DNA from: Laetmonice hystrix
Lineage: Eukaryota
Length of the DNA: 64,000 bases
Direction of reading: 5' to 3'
Assembly: GCA_965235115.1 (NCBI GenBank)
Contig: OZ249436.1
Coordinates: 4,404,001 to 4,468,000, forward strand
Shown here: positions 13,200 through 27,020 of the stretch, one piece after another
How positions within the stretch are numbered: the stretch's first letter is position 1
Layout: each line of letters starts with the position of its first letter
The notes under the pieces: model-generated
What the model saw: only the letters and a program-made list of their open reading frames with translations
Told to the model about the DNA's origin: nothing
Database searches by the model: none
Made by a program: the position numbers and the translations under genes

Positions 13200-16100
13200 G
13201 GTGTAAAGAGGGTTGCCGCTAAGCCCAACAATGATTCCTATTCAGCGTAGGATGAGGCTGCCACATGTGCCGCCTCTTTCACTGTCATCCATGTCCCGGT
13301 CTTTGTGTAGCAATCCATGACGCTCCTGACGCGTTCTGTCTGCCAGATATTTTCGTTTTGTATGTTCGTGCTGGCCTCTGGTTTTGCAGCTGGGGGATCC
13401 GACGAAATAGGCCTTTCCGCGTCCAATACAGCTGGGTTTTGTTATTTACAAACAAATACTTTTTACCTAACCTTCTTTTTATTTTACCCAGAAAATGCTT
13501 CGCCTTCTCTATTTTAATAACTGCAATACAGTTTATCATGGGCAGATCGGGAATTTTGAAAGGTAGGCCTATGGTGGAGCTTACAGTCGGTCCGATGAAG
13601 TAAGGAAGCCTTGAGTTGAGTTGAGTTGAGTTGAGTTGTTTATTTCAAAGAAATGGCGAAGTACAATGGCGTTTCAGATTTGGACTATGTCTTATATAAC
13701 AATAGGTATAATTTAGCCGTTTCTTTTGGATATTGCTCAAGCCGAGTTGGCTGTACCTTAACCATTCTAGGGTAGTTAATACATGTATACAATAATCACT
13801 TTATTTGATGTCTTGTTCTGGTTTAATTTTTAATTAATTAATTTGGATATCTTCTTTAGCCTCCCCGGAAACGTTAAGACAGTCATCGCTCACCTTCCTG
13901 TCAGACTTGGCAGTTAAATGACAATAATACTCGCCACCTCCGCCAGGTGTCGCCTTAACATCCGTTTGTAGTGTCTCAGCTTTCCGGTGCCCGGTGTGTT
14001 GGCTGCAGTCGTAGACAGGATAGATTTCTGTCTCAGACTTCAGAGAAGTCGTATCTCGTCTCAGGCTGGGGTTACAGGCTGATCGTATTGAATTATAATC
14101 TGTAACTGCAATACATAGAACTTTAATATATGAGTAAAAGTGTCACTTGTAGGGAAAAGCTGCGGAGAGTCTTTACTGAAGGGTTTTGTAACAAATATTG
14201 CGTCATGGTGATGTCACCTGACCTAAGCGGAAGTGGGGATTGTGACGTTATATGGGCGAGAGAAGCCACAGGCAACAGCTCGACACAGCACACGTAAAAC
14301 AAAAATGATGGGGGTGTCTGTAAAAAGGTAGTACACTGAATTTGTGTAACCTTTTAATTAAGGAAAGGGTTCTAAATACTGTTGATTTGTAAGTGACCAC
14401 TGCCAGTGCTAAAAATAGCTTGAGTCTGTAAAGGATGCCCTTGTCAATTGACTACCAAAAGTTTCATTAAAAACTAAAAACCATAGTTTCAGTTATATTT
14501 TGTAACCCTATGCATATACAAATAACTCTTTCATCATTAGGCCCATGCCCAAAAGTGTTTTAGAAAATGAAAGGTTTTAGAAAGAACCCAGGTATAAAAT
14601 GTGAGGCGGGGAGAAGTGTTACAGCGTTCGTACCAACAGTAGTTTACGTGAGACTTTACTGACAGGTGGTATAGATTTTACCCTGGTCTACAGCCTCTGA
14701 TGTTTTATGTACCTGATAACCTGCCATGAAGAAAAGTACATTTAGATACGTCATGCACATAAAGGGTGGAGGATTTAACACCGAACAGAACGTACAAAGC
14801 CATGGCAAGCTCTGAGAGAGAGAGCAGAGAGTGTAATGGCGGGAGTCGTAGTACATCGTACCGCATTCCTCTCATGGTGACTAATTCTGTGACTCAAGTT
14901 TGACGGTCGCCTTGCCAGTCTATATTTGGATCTACGGTCTAGTGTCATCCTTCAGGTCAGTCTGACCATTTTACGACACTCTTCTTACGTCTGAAATTCA
15001 AACCAAGGTTTTCCTGTCAGCCGGTTAATGATTATGCTGCAGATTCATGGATTACATAAACTTATTGATGATTATGCTGCAGATTCTGACACCAAACGTA
15101 CATCAGTGGGGTTGTTAACCCCCTCCCCCCACCATCCCCGCATCATGGATTACATAAACTTATTTTCCTATCCTCACTCTGATTAGTCCTCTCTAGTGAT
15201 TACATAAACTTATCTTTCTATTCTCACTCTGACCGCATTAATCCTCTCTAGTGGTTACATAAACTTATTTTCCTATCGTCACTCTGACCGCATTAGTCCT
15301 CTCTAGTATGGAAAGTGGAATACAGTAGGAACAATTACTGAAACTAATCGAAAGCACACAATATTATGGCACGCCCACTAGTCTGGCTAAGAAAAATAAA
15401 AGAAATGTACTAGAGTGTTGCCGTCGTGCTGTCGGTGAGTTGCCTCTGGACAGAGGCCCGTGTTGACCTGAAGGATGATTGCCTCCTGTCACAGATATCG
15501 CCTGCTCACGAGAGTGTGTTCGGCTACGAGTTCTAGCTAATTGACCTAGTAATAATAGAATTACCTGCTATTCGACCCTGAAGTAGTGTAATTACCCTCT
15601 TGCTATTTGCTATGTGACCCATAAATATTAGCTCTAAGAACTAATAGCGATTTGATCCCATAGCCAAAGCAGGCGTTTATATTATCAAGAGAGCGACATA
15701 TCTATAATATACATTTATTCGATCTAAAGCCGTTTTTGAAAGAGTCCGTTATGCGATGTTGGTGGAGAATGTTTTGGCTGACATGATAAAGTGGCGGGTG
15801 TGTGTCTGTCCCAGCTATGATTGGTCAGTTTCTGACCCATCACGCGGTGTGCACTTATTGTATTATGTGGAGGAGTGGCAGCGAATGTCAGCCCAAACTA
15901 TCAATCATCATCCTCGACCACTCCCCACTGTACGCCACGCCCCCACCCCCGCCCCTGTAGTTATAGGCCTACAAATAAAGGTTTATATTGGGGGGTGGGG
16001 GTAAGACCTGCATTGTTATCGGTTTGAATAATCGATTGCTCTCGTCGATTCAGTGTCTAAAAAATAGTGTCAGAAAGACATTAGAGGACCATGTCCTAAA

Positions 16101-16676
16101 AGGTCATTGGTGCATTAGAGGACCATGTCCTAAAAGGTCTTCCTGGGACAATAAAGCAAAGAGGACCTACTACCCTAACAAATCTATAGCTGAAACCGCA
16201 AGGGGGGGGGGGGCAGGGGGGGGGGGGTAGGTTAGCGAACCATTTTCCCTCGAGACGGGAGTTCTCTCCATGCTATTATAACATCAGCATGATATTAGAA
16301 AGGCTGACCCCCCTTACCCCCCCCCCCCCCACCCTCCCATTACGATCCACTACTGAACAATCTGAGAAGTCTGAGGGTCTAGAGGATGGAGGTACCTCAG
16401 TATGAAATCTTGCGGGGGGGGGGGAGTGGGGTGAGGGGTGGGGGGTGCGGGGGCGGGAGTAAAGGTCAGTCAGCCTATGATGGTCAGTTCTCATTGCCGC
16501 TCCCCCTCACCCCCCCCCCCTCACCCATTGTGTGATAGGTGACCATGTTGGCACGCAGGCGTCCATGATACACGTACACAGGCCGTAAAATGTCATACAT
16601 CCCGACCACTGCGGGTTTACACGAAAATACGCCAAATTCTGTGCAACACTCCTAAACGGTGTTTGGCGGGATTGGC

Positions 16677-17110
16677 GGAATGAGAAAGTTCAAATTGTTT
16701 GCATAAATGAGAAAGTTCAAATTGTTTGCATGAATGAGAAAGTTCAAATTGTTTGCAGGAATGAGAAATTTCAAATTGTTTGCAGGAATGAGAAATTTCA
16801 AATTGTTTGCAGGAATGAGAAAGTTCAAATTGTTTGCAAGAATGAGAAAGTTCAAATTGTTTGCAGGAATGAGAAAGTTCAAATTGTTTGCAGGAATGAG
16901 AAATTTCAAATTGTTTGCAGGAATGAGAAAGTTCAAATTGTTTGCAAGAATGAGAAAGTTCAAATTGTTTGCAGGAATGAGAAAGTTCAAATTGTTTGCA
17001 AGAATGAGAAAGTTCAAATTGTTTGCAGGAATGAGAAAGTTCAAATTGTTTGCAGGAATGAGAAAGTTCAAATTGTTTGCAGGAATGGGAAAGTTCAAAT
17101 TGTTTGCATG
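16677..17110. repeat. 27-bp minisatellite, ~16 copies
   Basis: Unit GGAATGAGAAAGTTCAAATTGTTTGCA. Confidence 0.96.
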
Positions 17111-17494
17111 AAACGATTAAAAAAAGTTAGTAAGAGAAGTTCGTGCTTTGGAGACAAGCTAGCCTGTCGAAATATTCAGGATTGGCCAATTGCTGTAGGA
17201 AGGCTTGATGTGTTTGACGTAAAAGCAAGCGTAATTGGACGAACTGACTTGGTTTGGTTGATCTGGTAGGATGTAAGATGTTGAAAGTAGACTTGCAGTG
17301 TGAATGGTTGTTTTAGAGTAATCCTGGACTGTGATTGGTTATATCAAAGTCAACCAGAACTGTGATTGGTTTGGTTTACAGTCACACTTACTATGATTAG
17401 GTAGCTGATTAGCTGTTTCAGAGTCATCCTTGACTGTGACTGGTTTATTTCAAAGTAAGACTGGACTGTGATGGGTTGTTTCAGAGTAGCGCTC

Positions 17495-17745
17495 CTGTGA
17501 TTGGCTGTTTGAGATTGATCCTTTACTATGATTGGTTTGTTTCAGAGTAAGCCTGGCACGTAATTGGCTGTTTGAGATCAATCCTTCACTATGATTGGTT
17601 TGTTTCAGAGTAAGCCTGGCATGTGATCGGCTGTTTGAGATCGATCCTTCACTATGATTGGTTTGTTTCAGAGTAAGTCTGACATGTGATTGGCTGTTTG
17701 AGATTGATCCTTCACTATGATTGGTTTGTTTCAGAGTAAGCCTGG
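17495..17745. repeat. ~60-bp tandem repeat (ATTGG-rich), ~4 copies, with more degenerate copies upstream to ~17310
   Basis: TGATTGGCTGTTTGAGAT...CCTTCACTATGATTGGTTTGTTTCAGAGTAAG repeated. Confidence 0.85.
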
Positions 17746-17852
17746 ACTGTGGTAGGACCGGGAAGCTGGGTGGATAGGCTGCAGAATGCGGCCATTATCC
17801 TTGTATACTGCTGACGGGTGGTGCGATCGCGGCCGGCGTGATGCCGGAACAC

Positions 17853-18103
17853 GTGGTGGCTTTGGCCGGAGGGCGTGGTGGCTTTGGGCGGAGGACGTGG
17901 TGTCTTTGGCCGGAGGGCTTGGTGGTTTTGGGCGGAGGGCGTGGTGGCTTTGCCCGGAAGTGGCTTCAACCGGAGGGTGTTGAGGCTTGGGCCGGAAGTG
18001 GCTTCGACTTGGGCCGGAAGTGGCTTAAGCCGGAGCGCGTGGTGGCTTTGGCCGGAGGGCGTGGTGGCTTTGGCCGGAGGGCGTGGTGGCTTTAGCCGGA
18101 GGG
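17853..18103. repeat. ~22-bp degenerate GC-rich tandem repeat
   Basis: Variants of GTGGTGGCTTTGGCCGGAGGGC. Confidence 0.85.
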
Positions 18104-18848
18104 CAGGTCCCCAACTACACCCCATGCAGTAACGGAGCAGAGACTTGCAGGTATAGCTCACGTAGAAAATGAACCTTTGAATTAATTCTAAGAGAAAACA
18201 TGTTTCTGGCGAGCGAACAAGTCATTGTGATTAAAGGAAGAAGTAGAGGCCTATATTGTTTACCAAATTTTGTGCTCTTCGGAGATTTTGAAGGGAAAGC
18301 TTTCAAAGGCATTTCTTATGTCCGATTGATTGCAGTGTGATATTAGAAGCTTAACGTCTTAATATATTATACATATAGGTATAACAGGTATAACAAACAC
18401 CAGAATCATGTCCCAATGCATGACATCAGGATGTGTACGGTTCGTGTATATTGATCGATCTCAGGTCAGGAAATGGCGTGGAGAGTTTGACACGACTGAC
18501 TCAACACTCACCGTTCACAGAGTGGTGTAGAATAGCAAGCTCCGTGACGGAATGCTATCTTAATGTCCCCAGATAGTAGAAGGAAATCCACCATCACTGT
18601 GTTATGAATACCAGAATACATATCAAAATATTGAAATCGAAGTACCCACATGATGTAATAGAGGAAGCCGGTGTATATACAGGGCTACCTGGGTATGACG
18701 ACACTGAACTGATTCACCATCAGGGTCCATAATAAACCATGTATAAAACTTAAGGTAAACAGTTATTGGTGTATCTGGTGATGTTGGGGTGAATCTGAAA
18801 CTGAATCTCGCTTTCTCTGTCTCTGTATCTCTCGCTCTCCTCTCTCTG

Positions 18849-18915
<67 letters not shown>

Positions 18916-19889
18916 GAGAAGTAAGATGCAGAATGTAGATAGACCGGAGTAGGGATACGTACGACATGCGTACATAAGTGCATGCGTCGGCGGGGACCAG
19001 TCGCATTTCACGATTCAAGTCCTGTACCTGTCCCCTGGCCTGGTTCCCGGCTCTATATTGACTTCGTATATTGAGCCTGGTGAAGGCCAATCAAAGCGAA
19101 CGTTGTGATTGGCCCATCGAAAACATGGACGCAAACGAGGTAGTTCCGTACCCTCCGTATTTCTCCAACAAGATACAGATATTTTCGTCAATCCCTTTAA
19201 AATACAGGTGTTAAATGTCCTCGCTTTTCTGGATGTAAACATAGCGTCATCAGTCCCCACACCTGCTACGGTCTGCATACGCAGGGGCATGTTGGCCACT
19301 CCCGGCCACGCTCCAAGCAGAAGTCGGTCACTCTGTGAACGCTGACCAACGGAACGGAAGCGGAAGTGATTACCTCCGGGGCGGAAGTGCTTGGAGATAA
19401 TCACTTCCGTTTCGCAGCTTTCTGTTAGCCATCACCTGGCCTAACATAGCGGATGCGTATGGTAGGCACAGGGGACCAGGCTACCTGTCCCCCTGCGGAG
19501 CGATGATGGGACACAGGGGACCAGTCGAGAGTAGAAATGTCATATGGACTCTATAGAGAAATCTTTTCTCCAGCAATCTTCTTCCACAAATTTCATAATT
19601 ATGAATTATGCAAAAAGTAATTTCACCTTGCTACAAAATATAAATCCATCAAACTGAAAATCAGTAAATAGATCACAGGCGTTACTACTTTTTTTCCGTA
19701 GGGATCAGTTCGTGATGACCTTTTAAACAAACCAGTATTCCAGTTTGACAAGCAATGTGTACTATCCGTGAACATGGGATACTACGCCTCCATTCTTTGT
19801 GTATGTTGCTTGGTAAGCCCTGTATTGACAAGAATCTCACTTTCGTTTGTCAATCTCCATTCGTGGGATTAAGCTACGCTCTGCCCTGA

Positions 19890-22172
19890 ACATCACCAGG
19901 TGTATACTAGGACAATGTGAAATAAGATCCCAACATGACAAGGTCTATACCAGGAGAATGTGAAGTAAGATCCCAACATAACCAGGTCTATATATCAGGA
20001 GAAGGTGAAGTAAGATCCCCAACATCACCAGGTCTATACCAGGAGAAGGTGAAGTAAGATCCCCAACATCACCAGGTGTATACTAGGAGAAGGTGGAGTA
20101 AGATCCCAACATCACCAGGTCTATACTAGGAGAAGGTGAAGTAAGATCCCCAACATCTCCAGGTCTATACCAGGAGAAGGTGAAGTAAGATCCCAACATC
20201 ACCAGGTCTATACTAGGAGAATGTGAAGTAAGATCCCAACATCCCCAGGTCTATACCAGGAGAAGGTGAAGTAAGATCCCCAACATCACCAGGTCTATAC
20301 TAGGAGAAGGTGAAGTAAGATCCCCAACATCCCCAGGTCTATACTAGGAGAAGGTGAAGTAAGATCCCTAACATCACCAGGTCTATACCAGGAGAATGTG
20401 AAGTAAGATCCCCAGCATCCCAAGGTCTATACTAGGAGAAGGTGAAGTAAGATCCCCAACATCTCCAGGTCTATACCAGGAGAAGGTGAAGTAAGATCCC
20501 AACATCACCAGGTCTATACTAGGAGAATGTGAAGTAAGATCCCAACATCCCTAGGTCTATACCAGGAGATTGTGAAGTAAGATCCCAACATCACCAGGTC
20601 TATAGTAGGAGAAGGTGAAGTAAGATCCCCAACATCTCCAGGTCTATACCAGGAGAAGGTGAAGTAAGATCCCAACATCCCCAGGTCTATACCAGGAGAA
20701 TGTGAAGTAAGATCCCAACATCACCAGGGGTATACTCGGAGAATGTGAAGTAAGATCCCAACATCACCAGGTGTATACTAGGACAATGTGAAGTAAGATC
20801 CCAACATCACTGTCTATGCTAGGAGAATGTAAAGTAAGATCCCCAACATCACCAGGTCTATACTAGGAGAATGTGAAGTAAGATCCCAACATCCCCAGGT
20901 CTATACCAGGAGAATGTGAAGTAAGATCCCCAACATCCCCAGGTCTATACTAGGAGAAGGTGAAGTAAGATCCAAACATCCCCAGGTCTATACCAGGAGA
21001 AGGTGAAGTAAGATCCCAACATCCCCAGGTCTATACCAGGAGAATGTGAAGTAAGATCCCCAACATCACAAGGTCTATACTAGGAGAAGGTGAAGTAAGA
21101 TCCCCAACATCACAAGGTCTATACCAGGAGAAGGTGAAGTAAAATCCCAACATCACCAGGTCTATACCAGGAGAATGTGAAGTAAGATCCCCAACATCCC
21201 CAGGTCTATACTAGGAGAAGGTGAAGTAAGATCCCCAACATCTCCAGGTCTATACCAGGAGAATGTGAAGTAAGATCCCCAACATCCCCAGGTCTATACT
21301 AGGAGAAGGTGAAGTAAGATCCCCAACATCTCCAGGTCTATACCAGGAGAAGGTGAAGTAAGATCCCAACATCACCAGGTCTATACTAGGAGAATGTGAA
21401 GTAAGATCCCAACATCCCCAGGTCTATACCAGGAGAATGTGAAGTAAGATCCCAACATCACCAGGTCTATAGTAGGAGAAGGTGAAGTAAGATCCCCAAC
21501 ATCTCCAGGTCTATACCAGGAGAAGGTGAAGTAAGATCCCAACATCCCCAGGTCTATACCAGGAGAAGGTGAAGTAAGATCCCAACATCCCCAGGTCTAT
21601 ACCAGGAGAATGTGAAGTAAGATCCCAACATCACTGTCTATACTAGGACAATGTGAAGTAAGATCCCAACATCACTGTCTATGCTAGGAGAATGTGAAGT
21701 AAGATCCCAACATCACCAGGTCTATACTAGGAGAATGTGAAGTAAGATCCCCAACATCACCAGGTCTATACTAGGAGAATGTGAAGTAAGATCCCAACAT
21801 CACCAGGTCTATACTAGGAGAAGGTGAAGTAAGATCCCCAATATCACAAGGTCTATACCAGGAGAATGTGAAGTAAGATCCCAACATCCCCAGGTCTATA
21901 CCAGGAGAATGTGAAGTAAGATCCCAACATCACCAGGTCTATACCAGGAGAATGTGAAGTAAGATCCCCAACATCACCAGGTCTATACTAGGAGAATGTG
22001 AAGTAAGATCCCAACATCACCAGGTCTATACCAGGAGAATGTGAAGTAAGATCCCCAACATCACCAGGTCTATACTAGGAGAATGTGAAGTAAGATCCCA
22101 ATATCACCAGGTCTATACTAGGAGAAGGTGAAGTAAGATCCCTAACATCACCAGGTCTATACGAGTAGAATG
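19890..22172. repeat. 43/44-bp minisatellite, ~52 copies
   Basis: Unit CAACATCACCAGGTCTATAC(T/C)AGGAGAA(G/T)GTGAAGTAAGATCC(C). Confidence 0.97.
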
Positions 22173-22566
22173 TGATTGAAGAACCTTTGTATTTGCTCAG
22201 GTCTTTATTGTTTTCAAATAAAATTGTTTAAACCTTCACTCGATGCTCTATTCTTATTCAGCAAACAAAAAAAGCAATATATTAGGACCAGCCTTGACTA
22301 ACAAACCATGCAGACTTTTTCATAATAAATTGTCCACATTTTGTGAGGCTAGTAATAAATGCGCTCACCTTAAATTACTTGCACATTAAAGCTTAAACTG
22401 TTTATATGTTGTGGACAAATAGATCGATTACATCTGATCGTATGCTCGCTGGGCTACGTAAATTGTCATTGTGATCCTTATACAACCACCGCCAACAGGT
22501 AAAAACATCGAACGTATTGTCCACTTGCACTGACCGAGCTCTGGAAGAGCGTACAGATCATTAATA

Positions 22567-22752
22567 CGGTGGCCCAAAAGTACACCACGGCTCGGCGAAA
22601 AACTGGGCTCGTCTGGCGAAAACCTCGGCTCTGCTGGCGAAAACTGCGGCTCGGCCGCCTGGTGTAGTAAGGGTTAGGGTTTTCGAGGTGTTTTTCGCTA
22701 GCCGAGCCGAGGATTTGGGTTAGCCAAGCCGTGGTGTACTTTTGGAACACCG
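22567..22752. mobile_element. Tc1/mariner-type MITE (TA target duplication)
   Basis: TA|CGGTGGCCCAAAAGTACACCACGGCT ... AGCCGTGGTGTACTTTTGGAACACCG|TA; ~26-bp TIRs; internal GGGTTAGGGTT. Confidence 0.75.
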
Positions 22753-22777
22753 TACAACTATCCTTCATAACAGTGGG

Positions 22778-23137
22778 TAGAATCATTGCCACCAGATGGC
22801 AATCTGTTCGTTACCAACGAAACATGGGCATGAGGATCAGGAAGGGCAGCACAGTACCTTGGCAGTGGTTCGAAACATGGGCATGAGGATCAGAGAGGGC
22901 AGCACAGTACCTTGGCAGTGGTTCCGTGACTAGAATCATTACCACCAGATGGCACTCTGTTCGTTACCAACGAAACATGGGCAGGAGGATCAGACGAGAG
23001 GGCAGCACAGTGCCTTGGCAGTGGTTCCGTGACTAGAATCATTGCCACCAGATGGCATTCTGTTCGTTACCAACGAAACATGGGCATGAGGATCAGACGA
23101 GAGGGCAGCACAGTACCTTGGCAGTGGTTCCGTGACT
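22778..23137. repeat. ~103-bp tandem repeat x3 (first unit has an internal duplication)
   Basis: TAGAATCATTGCCACCAGATGGCA...CAGTGGTTCCGTGAC recurs at 22778, 22931 and 23034. Confidence 0.9.
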
Positions 23138-23375
23138 CTTCTGGTTACACAATCTAACGGTATTCTTTCGATATAGAAAATAATAACATCTCATAATCTC
23201 ATACTAGGACATGTTCATTTAAGTTGGACCTTGACAGTGTTCCATCAGATTGTCCTCAATGCATGACTGCCAATTTTATCCACCTAGTGGCATATCTGCT
23301 AACTACGACTGTCTCTCCAAACTCAAGTAGATCTACATTAATAGTGAAATTAATAGGCTGGGAGGGTAGTTGGAG

Positions 23376-23487
23376 TTTTACGCCTTGCAACAGCCAGGGT
23401 CATATCACGGCGGTGGAGGTGATGATGAAAGTCAGTTTTTCTTGGTGGAGGAAACCGGAGTACCCGGCGGAAACCACCGGCCTCCGG
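23376..23487 (-). mobile_element. SINE fragment with a MetaSINE/V-SINE-like central domain
   Basis: The minus strand reads GGTGGTTTCCGCCGGGTACTCCGGTTTCCTCCACCAAGAAAAACTGAC...GATATGACCCTGGCTGTTGCAAGGCGTAAAA. This resembles my recollection of the conserved GGGTACTCCGGTTTCCTCCAC core of invertebrate SINEs; not checked against a database. Confidence 0.6.
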
Positions 23488-26400
23488 GAAGGAACTAAAT
23501 TAAAAGGACAACAGACGAGAAAATTTGTATGTAGGTCTTTAGAAAAAGTTATAACTCGCTGAGGGTGATTCAGACTGTTGTAATAATAGAAGTACATTGT
23601 AGATACATGTATTTTATATCACCTGAGTGGGTGGTATATATAGGTCGCTCTCAGCACGTGAATCAGCGAGCGTGAGAAGGAATTCCTGTCCAATATAAGT
23701 CCGACATTTCAAAGGTTGAGCTTGTGCAGTGAGTTAGTCATTTATATGAATAATATTATAGCAATGAAAAGTGTTTAGCTTATCATTCCACTGTAGAAAA
23801 ATAAAGCAACATTCTTTGTTTTAACCAAGCTCTCAAACTACCTCCTCCCTATACCAACTTCCTGACAATAGCCATAGGCCAAAAAAAAAATACTTTCGTT
23901 TCTTGTCCTTTCACATAAAAAAAGAATTTCCATCTTTTTTTTTTTTCTTTTTTTTTTTTTTGATGCAACCAGACAACGGCTGATTCATTGAATGCAAATT
24001 TTGCTGTTGGGTACATAAAGAAATCTGGAAGAAAAAACTAATGCAATGATGTTCAATGTTTTCATTGAAGAATGTGTAAAACTCACATAACAAGCAATAA
24101 GACTAACAGAAAAACGCCAACGCCAAAGAACCGTTGCAACGTTCTGTCTCAGCGCTACACTGCCCACCATAATGAAGCAGTCGGATTAAAAAAAAGACTT
24201 GACTCGGCGATTTTTAGGTGACGCGCGCGGGGACAAGAAACGAATCTACATGTATTTTTTTGGCCATACCGCTGGTTCCATATCTCAAATCATCGTAACT
24301 TAAAGTGTAGACGTAAATGTTTTAGCACGATCAATGATACGTGCGATCAAACAGCAACGTTACAGAGCTGCACTTAGCATGGCCCTTCTTATACAGGACT
24401 GTGTGTATTTAATCAGGACTGTGTGTATTTAATCAGGGCAAGCCTAGGTAAGTTCAATCCACAAGGAACGACTTCTGTTTAGGCCGAAGTGTCAATAAGT
24501 TTCTGTACGCATGAGGAAAGAAACGGCGGGCCTGACGGTAAAACTAGTCAACATGGTCATAAACCGACAGTATATAAAACGGGGTCGGTTAGGGATCAAT
24601 GTAAAGTTGGTGATTTACACACAGTCAAGGAGCCATGGGTGGCAGAGGTTGAGGGTTAATGCATTTGGTCTTTGTAGGCACACCAAACAGACTGACCCTT
24701 TGACTAACTTAGCAAAAGGTTAAACTGAGGTTGGAAGTCGTACAAACAGTTTGTACGGTTTCTAGTTGCGATCATGACTGGTCGTGTTACGGGAGGGAGG
24801 AATAAAGCCAGGATCATTTTCAGCCACAGTTCTCTGGCCTTCTGCCGCTCAACGTCCTCCTATGGTGGCGCTACCTAGTTTGTTTGACTCGAACTATCTA
24901 CAAATGACTACAAATTCTCACCTCGGGCGCCAGATAAAAACATACAAAATCTTCATTTAGATACTCTTGTATTACTCCCACGGTGTGTTGCAAGGTATGC
25001 ATTGACGTTTGAACATCTTTTTGACGAGTGGGTGTTTTTTCGTTGCGGTACTGATAGGCCTATGTATAATTTGTTCTGATGAAGACAAAAGCAGACACAA
25101 ATTTCTCTGCCCTCAGAGTTACTGCGCAGCTGATAGCTTTATAAGCTGAAGGGTACTTTAGCAAAACTAATGGGTTTGCTCTGGATGGAAGGGGCAGAGA
25201 TAGGTGCTCTTTCCAACAAAAACCCAGGCCTCTATCCCTACCCGCTGTGGAAGTACCCTAAACAAGACCCAGCCCCCCCCCCCCCGCCCCCAACAACAAC
25301 AAAATCCAGGCCTCTATCCAGGACCCAGGACCCAGCCCCCCCCCCCCCAACACACCCACCCACAACACGACCCAGCCCCCCCCCCCCCAAAAAAAAAGGA
25401 CCCAGGCCTGTCTATATCCACGGCTCTCGTGGATGACCCCTCCCCCTGACCCGCGCCCCCTCAAAACAGGACCCAGGCCTACAGTATATCCATGTTGATG
25501 TTCAGAATTTAAACATACCCTTCCTGGGGTTAATCCCTCCCCCCGGCTCGTATGTCGGCGGGTTGACCGTAAACACAAACAGCGACCCCCGCAGGGTATA
25601 TACCCAGATCTATGAGAAGAATGGAGTGAGCAGTGATTTGACTTGGAGAAATCCCTCAACTCTCACTTCCCGTGAGAATATTGCTTTATAAATAGTCTAC
25701 AGGAGATGTATTTCCACCTCCTTAATAGATCCCGCCATTCTGTCTTTGTTGTTTCGTAGTAAATATTACGACCAGCAGACCTAGACGGTCACATGTGGGT
25801 GTATCGTACAAAACACAATGTTTTAGTCAAACCTATGTATAGGTGTAGCGCTGCGTTAGCTTGTAAACATCATAGGTATAGGGTGGGCATAACAAGAACT
25901 AGTCGAACTCTAACGTTAACTATTTCAAAATAGCTTCAGAGAAGTTAGGGGACTATAAACACCTTGATATTTTTAACATGTGTTGAAATTTCCAAGTTTA
26001 TATATCAAATAGTCTTTACATGAGACCCTTACATGAGACCCTTACATGAGTCCCTTACATGAGACCCTTACATGAGACCCTTACATGAGACCAAAATTAA
26101 AAGTGTGTCCACTATTGACCACCTGTTTAAGTAAAACCATGCAGGTAGGGCGTTATTACGACCGAGTCTGGAACAACCATTTTTGAGACACAGTTGATTC
26201 CATTGCGTCGATTCTTCTGTCTTCTGTAAATATTTCTTAAAACTCCTTAAATAAATGAATGAATGAAAGAACAAACCGTGAAACAAACAGACAACTGGAT
26301 TAATAGGCCTAAATCTTTCAATTACTAAAAAAACTTGGCAACCTTTTTGATAGGGGGAGGGGGGTCTGGGACCAGAAGTAGGGGGTAGGATTAGGACTAG

Positions 26401-26798
26401 GGCAATAGTGTGAGATTTTAGTTCATACCGCTAAATTCTGCGCATTCCTTAATAAAAACAAAAAAAGGAAATCCCAGGGGGCAGCTGCCCCCTTACCCCT
26501 CCCTAATAGATAATGTTTTACCGAATACGTACTATATTTTAATCGGGGCTCAGTTGCAGCGATCTCCAAAGACGACAGCCTAGAAGTCTCCTGTACGGCC
26601 GACCAGGTGTGACGACTACAGTGCCCCCCCCCCCCACACACACACACACACCCGCCCACACACACACACCCACACCCCGACCGCCCACTCATGTCGCCAC
26701 TCTTAGTGGTGGTCATTCTGCTATGATAATATTCCCACAAAATGGGGGCGGGGCGGTATCGGTTAGGGGGCAGGGGCAGGGATAGAGAGAGATAGAGA

Positions 26799-26860
<62 letters not shown>

Positions 26861-27020
26861 CAGAGACAGAGACAGACAGAGACAGAGACAGACAGAGACA
26901 GAGACAGACAGAGACAGACAGAGACAGACAGACAGACAGAGGCAGACAGAGGCAGACAGAGGCAGACAGAGACATAGGTTGGGGAGTCTGATATATAGAT
27001 ACAGATAAGTTTTGGGGAGG

